DNA of 64,000 nucleotides, from assembly GCA_051294905.1 (NCBI GenBank), contig CM119379.1, positions 26,908,001-26,972,000 of the forward strand, written 5' to 3'. This stretch comes from Botryllus schlosseri. Its lineage: Eukaryota. Positions 1 through 10,209 of the stretch are shown here, one piece after another; position 1 is the stretch's first letter; the number at the start of each line of letters is the position of its first letter. The notes below the pieces were generated by a model, which ran no database searches, was not told the DNA's origin, and worked only from the letters and a program-made list of their open reading frames with translations. Position numbers and translations under genes: made by a program.

Positions 1-252
1 ATAAATTGTTGTTGGCAATGCACAGTTCATTTTGCGTATCAGTGCTCTATAGTAATGTTTGAGAGCCACTGCGATAAAGTGTGCGCTCTGACTATATTCG
101 ACTTGATGCAAGGTTCGTATTCGTATGCTTTCTTGCCGAACGGATTGAAGCAGCGCTATTGCGGGATGCATCAACACCGCCATCTTCCGAATGAAAACAA
201 TTGGAACTGTGACACAACACGAGATGAGTTAGCGCCAACTGGCTGATGCAAA

Positions 253-380
253 AGAGCGAACGAATCACATTCAATGAATAGTATATTCAATTTTTCATAT
301 TGAAATAAACTCGTCGAAATCCACTAATAGAGAATTTGGAAAAAATATTTTATATCAACAATCGTATCACCGAATTGCAT
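253..380 (-). mobile_element. Hammerhead-repeat subfamily 1 copy with ribozyme core deleted
   Basis: gaatagtatattc..atattgaaataaac and tatcaacaatcgtatcaccg flanks present; core missing. Confidence 0.5.
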
Positions 381-901
381 TCAGCATGTGTAGCAGCTGT
401 CTCAGCAGGGTGCCAATATTCTTCCACCAAGTAGCCTATACCAACCCAACCTCAATTCCAATGACCTTAATCTTGATGACAAAGTATTCTGCGAAGCACA
501 TGCTTTGAGATATTGGCAAGTGTAGCTGGCGTGCTCGCGCTTCAGTCGCATAGACGTATATGGACAATTAGATTCATTTCACTTTGTTCTTTGATATTTG
601 TCAGTATATTGCAGTATGATTTGATCCTGGTAAATCTACAAGTTTCTGACCACTATACTTACTACTATCTGGCTGTTCTGTGTTATTGAAGAATGCTCCT
701 TGGACCGGCGTGTGTGATCAGGAATGCAAAAGAACTAGAGCTGTTATTTGCCAGTCGGCTAGTGCGGACAACAGAAGCATCGACTCCAATCGAGCACTAA
801 ACCAGCGTGTCTTGCAACACGTCGTTAGTCGTTACAACGACCACTACAGCATGTATACTGCAACCCTTCACGTCTTTGCCAAGAAAATAAATCGGACTTA
901 C

Positions 902-958
902 CCGAGTTTGAGGCATATTCGCCGATGAATCTCTTCGTGAGATATCTGACGATCAACG
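902..958 (-). CDS. RERG/RERGL/RASL11-12 family small GTPase, coding exon 4 (switch I region); gene continues beyond window start
   Basis: ttttcag acceptor, GTAAGT donor, 57 nt, phase 1/1; encodes (A)LIVRYLTKRFIGEYASNS, matching the RERG-subfamily motif ALxVRFLTKRFIGEY (EYASN is RERGL-like). Confidence 0.92.
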
Positions 959-3900
959 CTGAAAAGCAAGAAAATGGAAGCAGTCAGAAAATATCATGTC
1001 GTGAAATCACCATTGCATTGTGGTGATTGACGAACGCTCTATTAAAGTAAAAGTATCTAATGTGGCTTTAAAGAAGATGACACACTACCGACAGCAGAAG
1101 ATAAGAGAATGACACGGTAACGTTGAACTGTGAACTGTGCAACTGCTAACGAAATGAAAGATCTCCGCATATCAGTTCCGATTTACACCTCTTGTTGATA
1201 AACCTACCAGGTAGCTAAAAAGTTCAGCACAACTGCTCTAGAGCGACGATAAAATTTCCAGGACACAAAAAAATGAAACAGAGCACGAGAATCTCTAGCA
1301 TCCCTAAATGTAAGTCTAATAAAGTGTAACTTTGAAGTCAAACTCCAAAGTTCAACAAATACCCGTGATGTACAATGTCAACATTTCAGATTGTTGGCTT
1401 TAGTGCTGTATCGTGAATGACGCTCGACTATACAAAAATAACCAATTATAATCACAAAGCGTGACGTATTAGTGACGTAATTGCTGCAAAACGTTCCACA
1501 GACAACATTAGTCCAATATCAGTGACATTCTGATTTCGTGTTACGTAACACAACACCGATACACATTTTCATAATACATTCATTGCGTAATTATATTAAC
1601 ACTCTGAATATATTATTTTCGAATCCCCAAAAGTATCTTCAAACAACGACAGAAGAGAACAACACGGCGGGAAGATACTCCCGCACTTTATCCGCCGCAT
1701 ATGGTCGAATAATTCTGGTCTAATACAGGGGTGCCCAACCGGCCAAAGGCCGCCGAACAGCCGTTTTTCATTGAGTTACAAAACCTCGATGCATGCAAGG
1801 ACCTGAACAACTAAATATGTCTAGTTGTCTAATTAGACCGAAATATCTTAATTTAATTCGTGAAATGTTTCTATGCTCTTATTTTAATTGTAATCCTATT
1901 TATGTTTGTCATGAAAATGCCGCAAGAGAACTGTATCGCAAAAAACAATCCAAGCTCGTTGTACAGACATTTGCCATTATCTTGCTTATGAGCACGAATT
2001 GTGATTTGATATGAAGTGAATTTTATTTTAGTCGTATTTCTTTCCAGTTTGGTATCGAATTCAATTTCCAACGTTTTGGCGAATTCAGTAATTTTAATTC
2101 TAATCTAACTTGAAAAATCTGAAAATTTGTCAAGTTGTCCAAAACTGGCAGGAAGCCTCTCCCACACTTAACGCGCAGATGCTTCCACAGAGGCACATCG
2201 TAACACATCAAGTCACCCGCGCATAAAGTGTATCGAAAGAGGATATCCGCCATTGCTGTTGAGATTGTCGATGAGATATTCTGAGGTTTGACTGCGTTAC
2301 GAGCAGTTGGTTTCTTAACAGAAGGCTGAAAACTATTCGCGTAACTTCTGGGAAGTAACAGGGGCTTGGCTCAAGGGGGCGAATGAAGTCGTTCTGGGTG
2401 ATTTATAACTATATCTAACTATACCTATAAGCCATTACATTGAAACCGGCCAAGCCTCAAGGTATTTATGAAGTAGCATGAAGAGTGTTTATTTTTTTTT
2501 TGTGGCAAAATTTTCGGCAAAAATCTATACACTGACATAGTCGGGCAATCCTCCGAATAAGATACCCGAAGCGCAGTCAAGCGAACCGAATCATAGACGA
2601 ATATATTCGAACACGTGGCAACGCATTTCCTTCGCCTTTTGGTGACCTTTCACAATTGAAGTCATAGTAGTCAAAATTTCTACTGCAGTAGAAGTAGAAG
2701 TGACATCGTAAATTTAGAAGTATCAATTTCCAAGTAAGTATTCTAAGCCTGATTTTGTCAGGAAAATTGAAAACCGTCAGGATGAAGAAGAATTAATCTA
2801 AAAAGAATTGAGTAGCCATGTAGTGCGAATCAGAAAAATTTAATAGGGTTGTTAAAAAATAACTTATGTTTTCCAGGTTCCAGCGATTCACTATTAAAAT
2901 GTTAGGTTGCCTAAAAAAACTGTCCAACAAATTTTTCTCGATTCCAACTATGGTAGATGTGAACGAACAGTGTTATAAACTTACGCACATTGTTTAAAAA
3001 GGAATTACTGTCAACCTCTTGAAATTGTTAAGTTGTCTAAAAGAACGATGCTTAACAAATCTTCTCGCTCCCTACTGGTAGAAGCGAAGCTATTGCAGTT
3101 GAAAATTTTGGATTTGCAAAACTAGCCTGGACGATGGGTAATCCCAGAATTGAAAAATGAAGAAAAAAAACAATGACCAGTGCCTTGATCGCTTCTTTAT
3201 GCTTCTCGTGATTAGTAGCGAGTTTATGACCGAATTCTGCGTGAAATCGTTGCAAACGTATATCCACACCCAGATTTATTTCATTCTCGAATATTCGGAT
3301 TCTGCCTATCCAAGTCTATTCATGAGAGCGTAGTATGCTTTTCCCTATTTCCCAAAAACCACGCAACGCAGCAAATCATCAACAACTCCCTTGGAGGGTG
3401 AAGTTGTTTTCACGCGGAGATGATTCTCTTCGTGAATCACTCCAAAATATTTATCAAACCATACAATCGATGAAGCGACAATGATGATTATGAGCCGAGA
3501 GAGAAAAATACTCATTGACGTAAACATTGTGTGTGGACGTGACGTCACGTAGCGCGAAACGAGTCAAGCTTGGTGTGCAGACATTCTTCCATTCTCGTGC
3601 TTTTTTGCGAATTCAGTAAATGTAATTCTGATCAAATTTGGAAAGAACTGTGCAGGTATAATTCTAATTCTAATAAGATTTGGAAAAGATCAAAATTTTC
3701 TAGTTGTCCAAATCTGATCGTCTCGCGTCTATCATTCAGTTTCAAAGCAAGTCGCGTCAGTGGTAACAGAATCAGTATGAATTCGATTAGAATGAACGGG
3801 GATAATAGGATTAAGTGCGATTCTCCTGCTATTCAGCTTAAAATCGCTTTTCACTGCGCCTTTTTATTAGTTTTAAAACACGACCAGTTCGATTATATAG

Positions 3901-4065
3901 CGTATCCTAACAAAATGCTCATCTCTTCTGACTCTTGTGAGTAAATGAGAAATTTACGAAATTGAGTGAACAATTTCTCCTAAAAAATCGGACGGAGCAA
4001 ACAAGCCAAGAACGCCACTCCAGTAAAAGTACAAGCAGCGAGGTGAAATTAGGCTAAAGTACGGG

Positions 4066-4305
4066 ATGTTGTTTGTGGTATTGAAGGTGCCTGTCGACTG
4101 CTATGGTCATTTACACCAAGCCGATATTATTTGTGTTACATTCCACAGGTTCTAGGCTTTTTGTAAGACACCGGTTACGCGAATGAGATTGCGAGGAGGA
4201 GCCTAGATTAACCTCCAACACTTATATAGCTAGAAATTCTGGAGTCGACCTCGTCGGACTCGAACCCACGATCCATTGGTGTCACTAAAGTACGGGTAGA
4301 CGTAG
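4066..4305 (-). mobile_element. tRNA-derived SINE
   Basis: ggactcgaaccc (reverse B box) at ~4256-4268; body ggtcatttacaccaagccgatat. Confidence 0.75.
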
Positions 4306-4316
4306 TGCTTCTAGAA

Positions 4317-4556
4317 CAGGGGTTCCCAACCTGTGCCCACTCCTAGCGGGTTATAGGTCTTTTTCAAGGGTCATGAAAAAATCTGTAACGTGATAATTTT
4401 CAACTCCAGTGGAATTTTGTACAGAAGCTTTTTAATTTTTAAAATGACGTATTTTAAAATAAATTTTCGATGGTATGAGAATAAAAGGTGGACATTGTTT
4501 TTTTATATATATTTTCAAAGGGGGCCACGGTATTAAAAAAAGGCGGGAACCCCCTT
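4317..4556. mobile_element. hAT (Buster-type) MITE
   Basis: caggggttcccaacc ... gggaaccccct; left flank TTCTAGAA, right TSD degenerate. Confidence 0.7.
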
Positions 4557-5125
4557 TTTTAAAAGCACCACCAAGTAGAAGTATAATTTACTCGCTTTGA
4601 AAACTGCCCGAGTAAGCAAGCAGTTGTGAAATGCGGTCGTCAATACTGTCCTTAACAAGCTTCGTTTCTGATCGCCTCTGCGAAAGACTCACTGATTACA
4701 ATATTGTCAACAAAATTAGTTTCGGCATGAATCGGACATCTTTTTCCAGCGCTTTCTTTATTGAACAGAAATCAATTTTCACCCAAGTTTTACCCAAGGG
4801 CGAAACCGAATCTGTCCGCACATCGTCATAGAGTCGTGACGTGTTTGACTTTTAAGAGGCGTGTTGTCCGATCACGGTTGAACGGCTGTGAAAGGATTTG
4901 TTCTCATCGATTCGCGACTCGTAGTTGTCGTGGATCGGTGATAGCACGTCATCATTCAAAACACACATAATGAAACCGAACTCTTTGCATCAATAGGAAA
5001 ATCTCATTCATAAATCACCGAAACTGGTTGTTTTGGGGCAGAACACCGGAATATCGGTTGGAGCATCAACTAAGAAGCAGTATTTCTCGACTTTTTCTAC
5101 ATCGTATTTGGGTGGCTGCGTGGAC

Positions 5126-5735
5126 TAGGGTTGTAATCAAGTTACAAAGTTACAAGTTACAAGTCAAGGCGAGTCATTTTCAACTCACCGCCGAGTCAAG
5201 TCCAACTCGGGGAACAAAGTCATAGTGTTGAGACTCGAGTCCTATAGTCCAAGTGATAGTGTTCCTGTTCACTGTTTATTATCGAGTTCAAGACAGGCCC
5301 AAATCACTTTTCTGAAACTCTTGGGTGATATCGAATGACTTGTATTTATAATATATTCATTTTTCTCATTATTAACACGTTCATTCAACTGATAAAAAAC
5401 AGTTTATGCGCCTATTTTTCAAACATCGCTCTTGATACACGAGTCTTAAATCAAGTCATATATAAGGTCTCGAATGATATGACTTTGTCGAGTCATACGC
5501 TATGACTCGTGTACAAGTTGAGTTAATACATGAAGTGACTCAATTTGAGTCGAGTCCTTTGCCATTTTGAAAAAACGACTCGAATCATTGCATTTTGGGG
5601 AATTGATTCCGAAGTTTTAAGATGATTTGGTTGCGTTACGAGTCAATCTAGGATCTGAATGACATTCTGGAAGTCGTGTACTGGTCGTTCTAGATTCAAG
5701 TCAGCGCATTACATCCAGTCACCACCAGTCCTCTA
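5126..5735. mobile_element. MITE with gactcga/gagtc subterminal repeats
   Basis: End tagggttgtaa(t/c)caagt; partial copies at 8221-8501, 28583-28867 and 29950-30120. Confidence 0.65.
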
Positions 5736-6739
5736 GAAAAAAGGATCATATGAAGCCAAAGAAATGAGGTATTTAGGCTGAGGAGAACAAGCGGATGATT
5801 GTTACATTACAGGTTCATTTTATGCATTCAGAATTAACCGTTATGTTGATTCCCAAACACGCATGAACAAGGAACATTGAATGAACAATTGTGGTGATTG
5901 CATAGGATTACTGTAATTAGTTTGCTTATGTTCGTTTCTCAGTTGCTCATGTCTGTGCTTGCGCGTTTATGTTTTGGTTTCAAGCTGATCGTAGCCAAAT
6001 TTTACCTAACTAAAACCTAGAAAGATATCAAGCAAAAACAGAGCCATCGTGAGCCTCGAACGATAATGGTGAACAAGTTTATGGTCTTTTACCGACATCT
6101 AGCGGTCGCGCCTACCGTCGCAAAGCAGCACGTTCTCACAGCGACAACTCGCGTGATCGATATAATATGATTTTATGATGCCCTTCGAGATATGCTTCTT
6201 ACTCAGAACCCTTGGGGCTGCGTGAACAGCGTCTAGATATCCCAGAAGCAAACAAGAACAATTTCTCGTGTTATCGTTTCCATTATCTGATGATGTACTC
6301 TGGACTGCTGTTCGCAGGTTCAACTTCCTCCGAATGGGAATAAGGTGAAAATGGTCTAAATCGGTGTTCTTTAACCTTTTCGCGCTCGTACCCTGTGAGC
6401 TTTCAATAAAATTTATCGTGCCCCTGTCCATTATCAGGCCGCCATCAAACTATGGTCTTGTCCTCCGTGGGTTTCTACACAACTTATGATTTGGGGCCAA
6501 CCCGTCACAAACGTTCCGTGAAAACCGGGTTTTTCAGGCACTGCAACAAAAGGTCAACTCAGTATCAATTCCCCGTTTTTATGTCTGTTACTGAAACTTT
6601 AAATTGTCCTATTTTTCGCATATGAAAATATGGTAAGTACTTGGTCTCCGAAAGTTGTCGTAACAAAATATATGATTCCATGAATCTGATGAAATTATTT
6701 CTGCAAACAATTGAAAGTTAGTAAAATTTCTGCCCTCAC

Positions 6740-6994
6740 CTGACTTCCCTACTCCGTCAGCTCCGATCACTAAAATATTCAAATCTCCGTCGATCTTTGT
6801 GAGATCACACGCCTTTATCTTGTCGCAAGCTTGTTCGCTGCTGACATCACTATGATCGTTGCACGCGTCATCGAAGTAAGCACGCGGAGTTCGCTCCAAT
6901 TCCGGACTCGAAGGAGTCGAAAATGTTTTCTCCAGTTCTTCAAACCACGGACTCACGGAATTCACGGAACCGGAAGAGTACGATTTTCTCGCCG
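6740..6994 (-). CDS. RERG-family GTPase, coding exon 3 (Ser-rich linker plus P-loop G1)
   Basis: acctag acceptor, G|GTGAGG donor, 255 nt, phase 1/1; ends LNILVIGADGVGKS (GxxxxGKS); phase matches exon 902-958. Confidence 0.9.
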
Positions 6995-7284
6995 CTAGGT
7001 TGAGATAAAGAGGTAATTTATACAGCGTCGCAAAAATGCAAACCTTGGTGAGCATTGAATAGTTTTGTCTAAAAAACTGAAAATTGTCACGTTCCAAGTA
7101 GTCTACAATCATAACCACAGATTTTACCCAAAAGCTTGATTGCATGCAGTACATGAAATAATCTCGATATATAATTAATATGTATAGATATATGAATTGA
7201 ATATATGGTTATTGTAATTACGAGACATTTTCTTGTGGGAAAGATGGAATTGGAACGCGTCCTGCGATTCGAACTCGAACTCAC

Positions 7285-7432
7285 CCGAATGCGGCCTGCT
7301 GGCCACCGACTGTTCGTGGGTCCTCCTCAGTCTCGGTTGCGAAAATTTCTTCTGCAGGTTCGGCGAGGAGTCGCTGTTCGATTCGAATTCGGCGATTCCG
7401 AACCTCCCAGAATTTCTGTTAACCGACGAGTC
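7285..7432 (-). CDS. RERG-family GTPase, coding exon 2 (N-terminal extension)
   Basis: cttcag acceptor, G|GTGAGT donor, 148 nt, phase 0/1, open (DSSVNRNSGRFG...ASRPHS); phases fit both neighbouring exons. Confidence 0.8.
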
Positions 7433-7476
7433 CTGAAGTATATAGTGAAAATTTGAGGGCCTGAAAGTGTGTAAAG

Positions 7477-8212
7477 CAGGGGTGTTGAACTCAACTTGCG
7501 TCATGGGCCGGATTTAAACCTACAAATCGCTCGCGGGACGCACCAGTCAAATGATTGCAAAATATTACCTCAAAACTCATGACATTGATTTTAATTTGGA
7601 TACTTCATAATCAAGCCTATACACACGATGGTATATCACATTCTATTACGGCTCGTAGGGGTTCTATTCTTGCTACACTTGTATTCGCAAACAATGGAAT
7701 TATGGCAATAATACGACGACTGGGGATGGAATAGAGTTATAAACGGCTAAAACCGAGCGTTTTGACTTATACAATAGCTGACCACGGATATTTGAATTAC
7801 AATTCCGCTTAACCATTCTATTATCCATGTAACCTGCATATAAAGGTATCGCATCATTGGCGTTTTCGCTTCTGTGAATAACTGGTTTTGGGTCCTTTTC
7901 CCATAAAACTCCGTATGATTTTTTTGCCTTCTCGAAATTGGGTGTTAACGTGAACGACTTGTTCCTAGTGGTGACTGAAGTAAAATCACAACACCGCTGT
8001 CGGATGGCTATGGCCTATGAACAAGAACATACTGTATTTTCTGTCGTGAGGGATTATTTAATTGACGTATTTCTTACTAGAAATAACAACATTTGCTGTT
8101 AGAAATATGCTCGATAATACACGCATTTTTCAATCTACTCAAAATTGCTTCGTGGGCCGGATGCCGCCCGCGGGCCGTATGCCGCCCGCGGGCCGTATGT
8201 TTGACACCCCTG
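7477..8212. mobile_element. Non-autonomous hAT (Buster/Charlie-type) element in GTPase intron 1
   Basis: TIRs caggggtgttgaac / gtttgacacccctg; perfect 8-bp TSD GTGTAAAG; 18-bp tandem duplication at 8161-8198. Confidence 0.9.
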
Positions 8213-8644
8213 GTGTAAAGTGAAGAAAATTACTTTATTATGAATGCGAGGCATTCAATATCAACCAAGTGGTGTAGTAAAAATGTGGGCTGAAGAGGAT
8301 TGAACTCGAAAATGAACAGAAAACACAATGACTTGGACTCGGACTCGAGTCTCAACATTCTGACTCGCACTCGCTCCTTTGAACCCTGACTCGGACTAGG
8401 ACTTGACTCGGAGTTGAATTTAAAATGACTCGACTTGACTCAAAACTAGAAAAGTAGAATTGACTTGTGACTCGGGACCTTACGACTTGGTTACAACCCT
8501 ACACAAGAGTATTGTGGATGTGAAAGCAGCGACGTCCTTCTACTCAATTGCAAGTATATAGGAGTCGCGTTTTACAAGCCTTGTCAAGACTACTTCAAGT
8601 GGAAGTAGAAAATAAACTTGTTAAAAGCACTTAAGTAATATAGT

Positions 8645-8775
8645 TTCAATTAAATAGTATATTCATATTGCAATGAACCCGAATATTTTCGGCTGACACT
8701 CGTCAGGGGTAATAGTCAGCAACTAGTTAAGAATTCAAAAGAACATCGTATATCAACAATCGTATCGCAAACTAT
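8645..8775 (-). mobile_element. Hammerhead-bearing short repeat, subfamily 1 (retrozyme / Penelope pLTR-like)
   Basis: Shares ctcgtcaggggtaatcgtcagcaactag...aacattgtatatcaacaatcgtatc with copies at 42110, 49812, 55660, 58258 and 63195. Confidence 0.7.
8675..8721 (-). ncRNA. Minimal type I hammerhead ribozyme, intact catalytic core; predicted cleavage between 8681 and 8680
   Basis: 5'-GCUGAC UAUU ACCC CUGACGA G UGUCAGC C GAAA AUAU U C GGGU-3': core CUGANGA, G10.1-C11.1, GAAA, palindromic AUAU helix III, UC cleavage site, helix I ACCC/GGGU. Confidence 0.8.
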
Positions 8776-9212
8776 GATGTCACCAGCATTTTCCAAATCA
8801 CAAAAGATGAAGCATTCATTGACACGGGGAATTTGAAAAATTTATTGCCGTTCGAAACCAGATTTCACGGACATTATGACGTCTGTTAGTTGTCACCGTA
8901 CGATCGCCTGGCTCTTAAAGCTATAAATGAGAACAAATTCTGAAAGATGATGCAATTTGGGCGTCCTCGGAGGACATTTTATATTTCTTGAAAATGGGGG
9001 ACAAAACCTAGTAAAAGAGGACATTCGGTAACCCTGCAGTTTCTATTCTGCCAAATCCAAAGTCTGACTACCTGAAGAAGTATAATATGTTAGTGCCTTC
9101 TTACTGACCACCTCTATGTATGACCAATGCCTACAAACCGTTTACTTTCTACTTTACAAGACAAAAGTTGAGTAAGTCAGAGAAATCTCGAACGTACGAG
9201 GCTAGAATTTAC

Positions 9213-9506
9213 CTGCCATCCTTCGAAGGCATTCTTGACTTTACTCGCAAAATTGGCGATGAACGACAATGGCCTTTTGACGCTGCCGCTGCTGTTGCTT
9301 CTCGCGAACGAATGCGACGCGTACGTGGCCGATGCGGGCTCAGTCTGGTAATACCGCGGGATATCCGCCTGGATTCTGCGGTACCGCTTCATGCCTCGGC
9401 TCGCCGGGACGCTGCCTTGGTAGGCGAGGTCGAATACGGCTTCGGAATGACGGCGCGGGTTGCCGGAAAAGTAGCGGCCATGATCGCTGTCTTGAGCCGC
9501 GTTCAT
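9213..9506 (-). CDS. RERG-family GTPase, coding exon 1 (start codon, N-terminal extension)
   Basis: ATG at 9506 with an in-frame upstream TAG; 98 codons, GC-rich relative to flanks, ends WQ|GTAAAT (phase 0) matching exon 2. Confidence 0.78.
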
Positions 9507-9533
9507 CCTCGGATCTATGTCGCTATACTAGAT

Positions 9534-9580
9534 CTGAAATAGGATCGATAGGAGTTGATGTGAGGTGATTTTAATTAGTG
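9534..9580 (-). other. Splice acceptor (TTTCAG) with branch-point-like CACTAAT, 27 nt upstream of the GTPase ATG; cis or SL trans-splice site
   Basis: minus strand ...cactaattaaaatcacctcacatcaactcctatcgatcctatttcag|ATCTAG...; no upstream exon identified. Confidence 0.6.
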
Positions 9581-9819
9581 CTTTAATGCAGCAAACAAAC
9601 ATGTTTAATTTCATTGCCACACTATATTATGTGTGAGTGAGGTGTGTCAGAATGTTTGTGTATGGAATGCGTAGCGGAACTCACATCTGATAGCATTCTC
9701 TGATGATATGAAGATAAACACAAAAATTATATCGTGACACTTAAGATTTTGTCGCAAGTGACTCTACGAAATTTCATCCTGACAAGAAATGCTATACCAG
9801 CTATGCAATACAATAGCAC

Positions 9820-10209
9820 TAGGGTTGCATTTAAAACTAACGGTGTTTTAAAACACATTGTTTAAAACATGTTTTAAACAGTGTTTTAAATAAAGTTGTA
9901 AAATGATGCTATAATTTTGTAAATACTTTCCAAAAACATGTTGTATGAGCCTACAGTCAATTACAAGCCGATATAGCCGACGTATATCGACATGGGATGG
10001 TTGGAACGCGCAAAATAGTGGGTTCAACATTAATAGTACAGATATCACATAGGAGCTATATTTACCATATAATTTCAATTGTCAATGTCAATCCACTATG
10101 GCGTCACAATTGAATATTGGTGACGTCATGGCTTAAAAAATGTTTTAAATAAGGGCCTTGTTTAAAATATGTTTGTTCTAAATTGATTTTTGTTTTAAAT
10201 GCAGCCCTA
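9820..10209. mobile_element. hAT MITE
   Basis: TIRs tagggttgcatttaaaac / gttttaaatgcagcccta; perfect TSD AATAGCAC; subterminal tgttttaaa repeats. Confidence 0.9.

Noticed and set aside
1-900. Next GTPase exon (DTAG/G3 region)
   Set aside because: No matching reading frame found on the minus strand; it must lie left of the window
9120-9568. Plus-strand ORFs 9120-9542 and 9332-9568 (also 7205-7456, 7233-7436)
   Set aside because: Antisense shadows of GC-rich GTPase exons; no splice signals or motifs of their own
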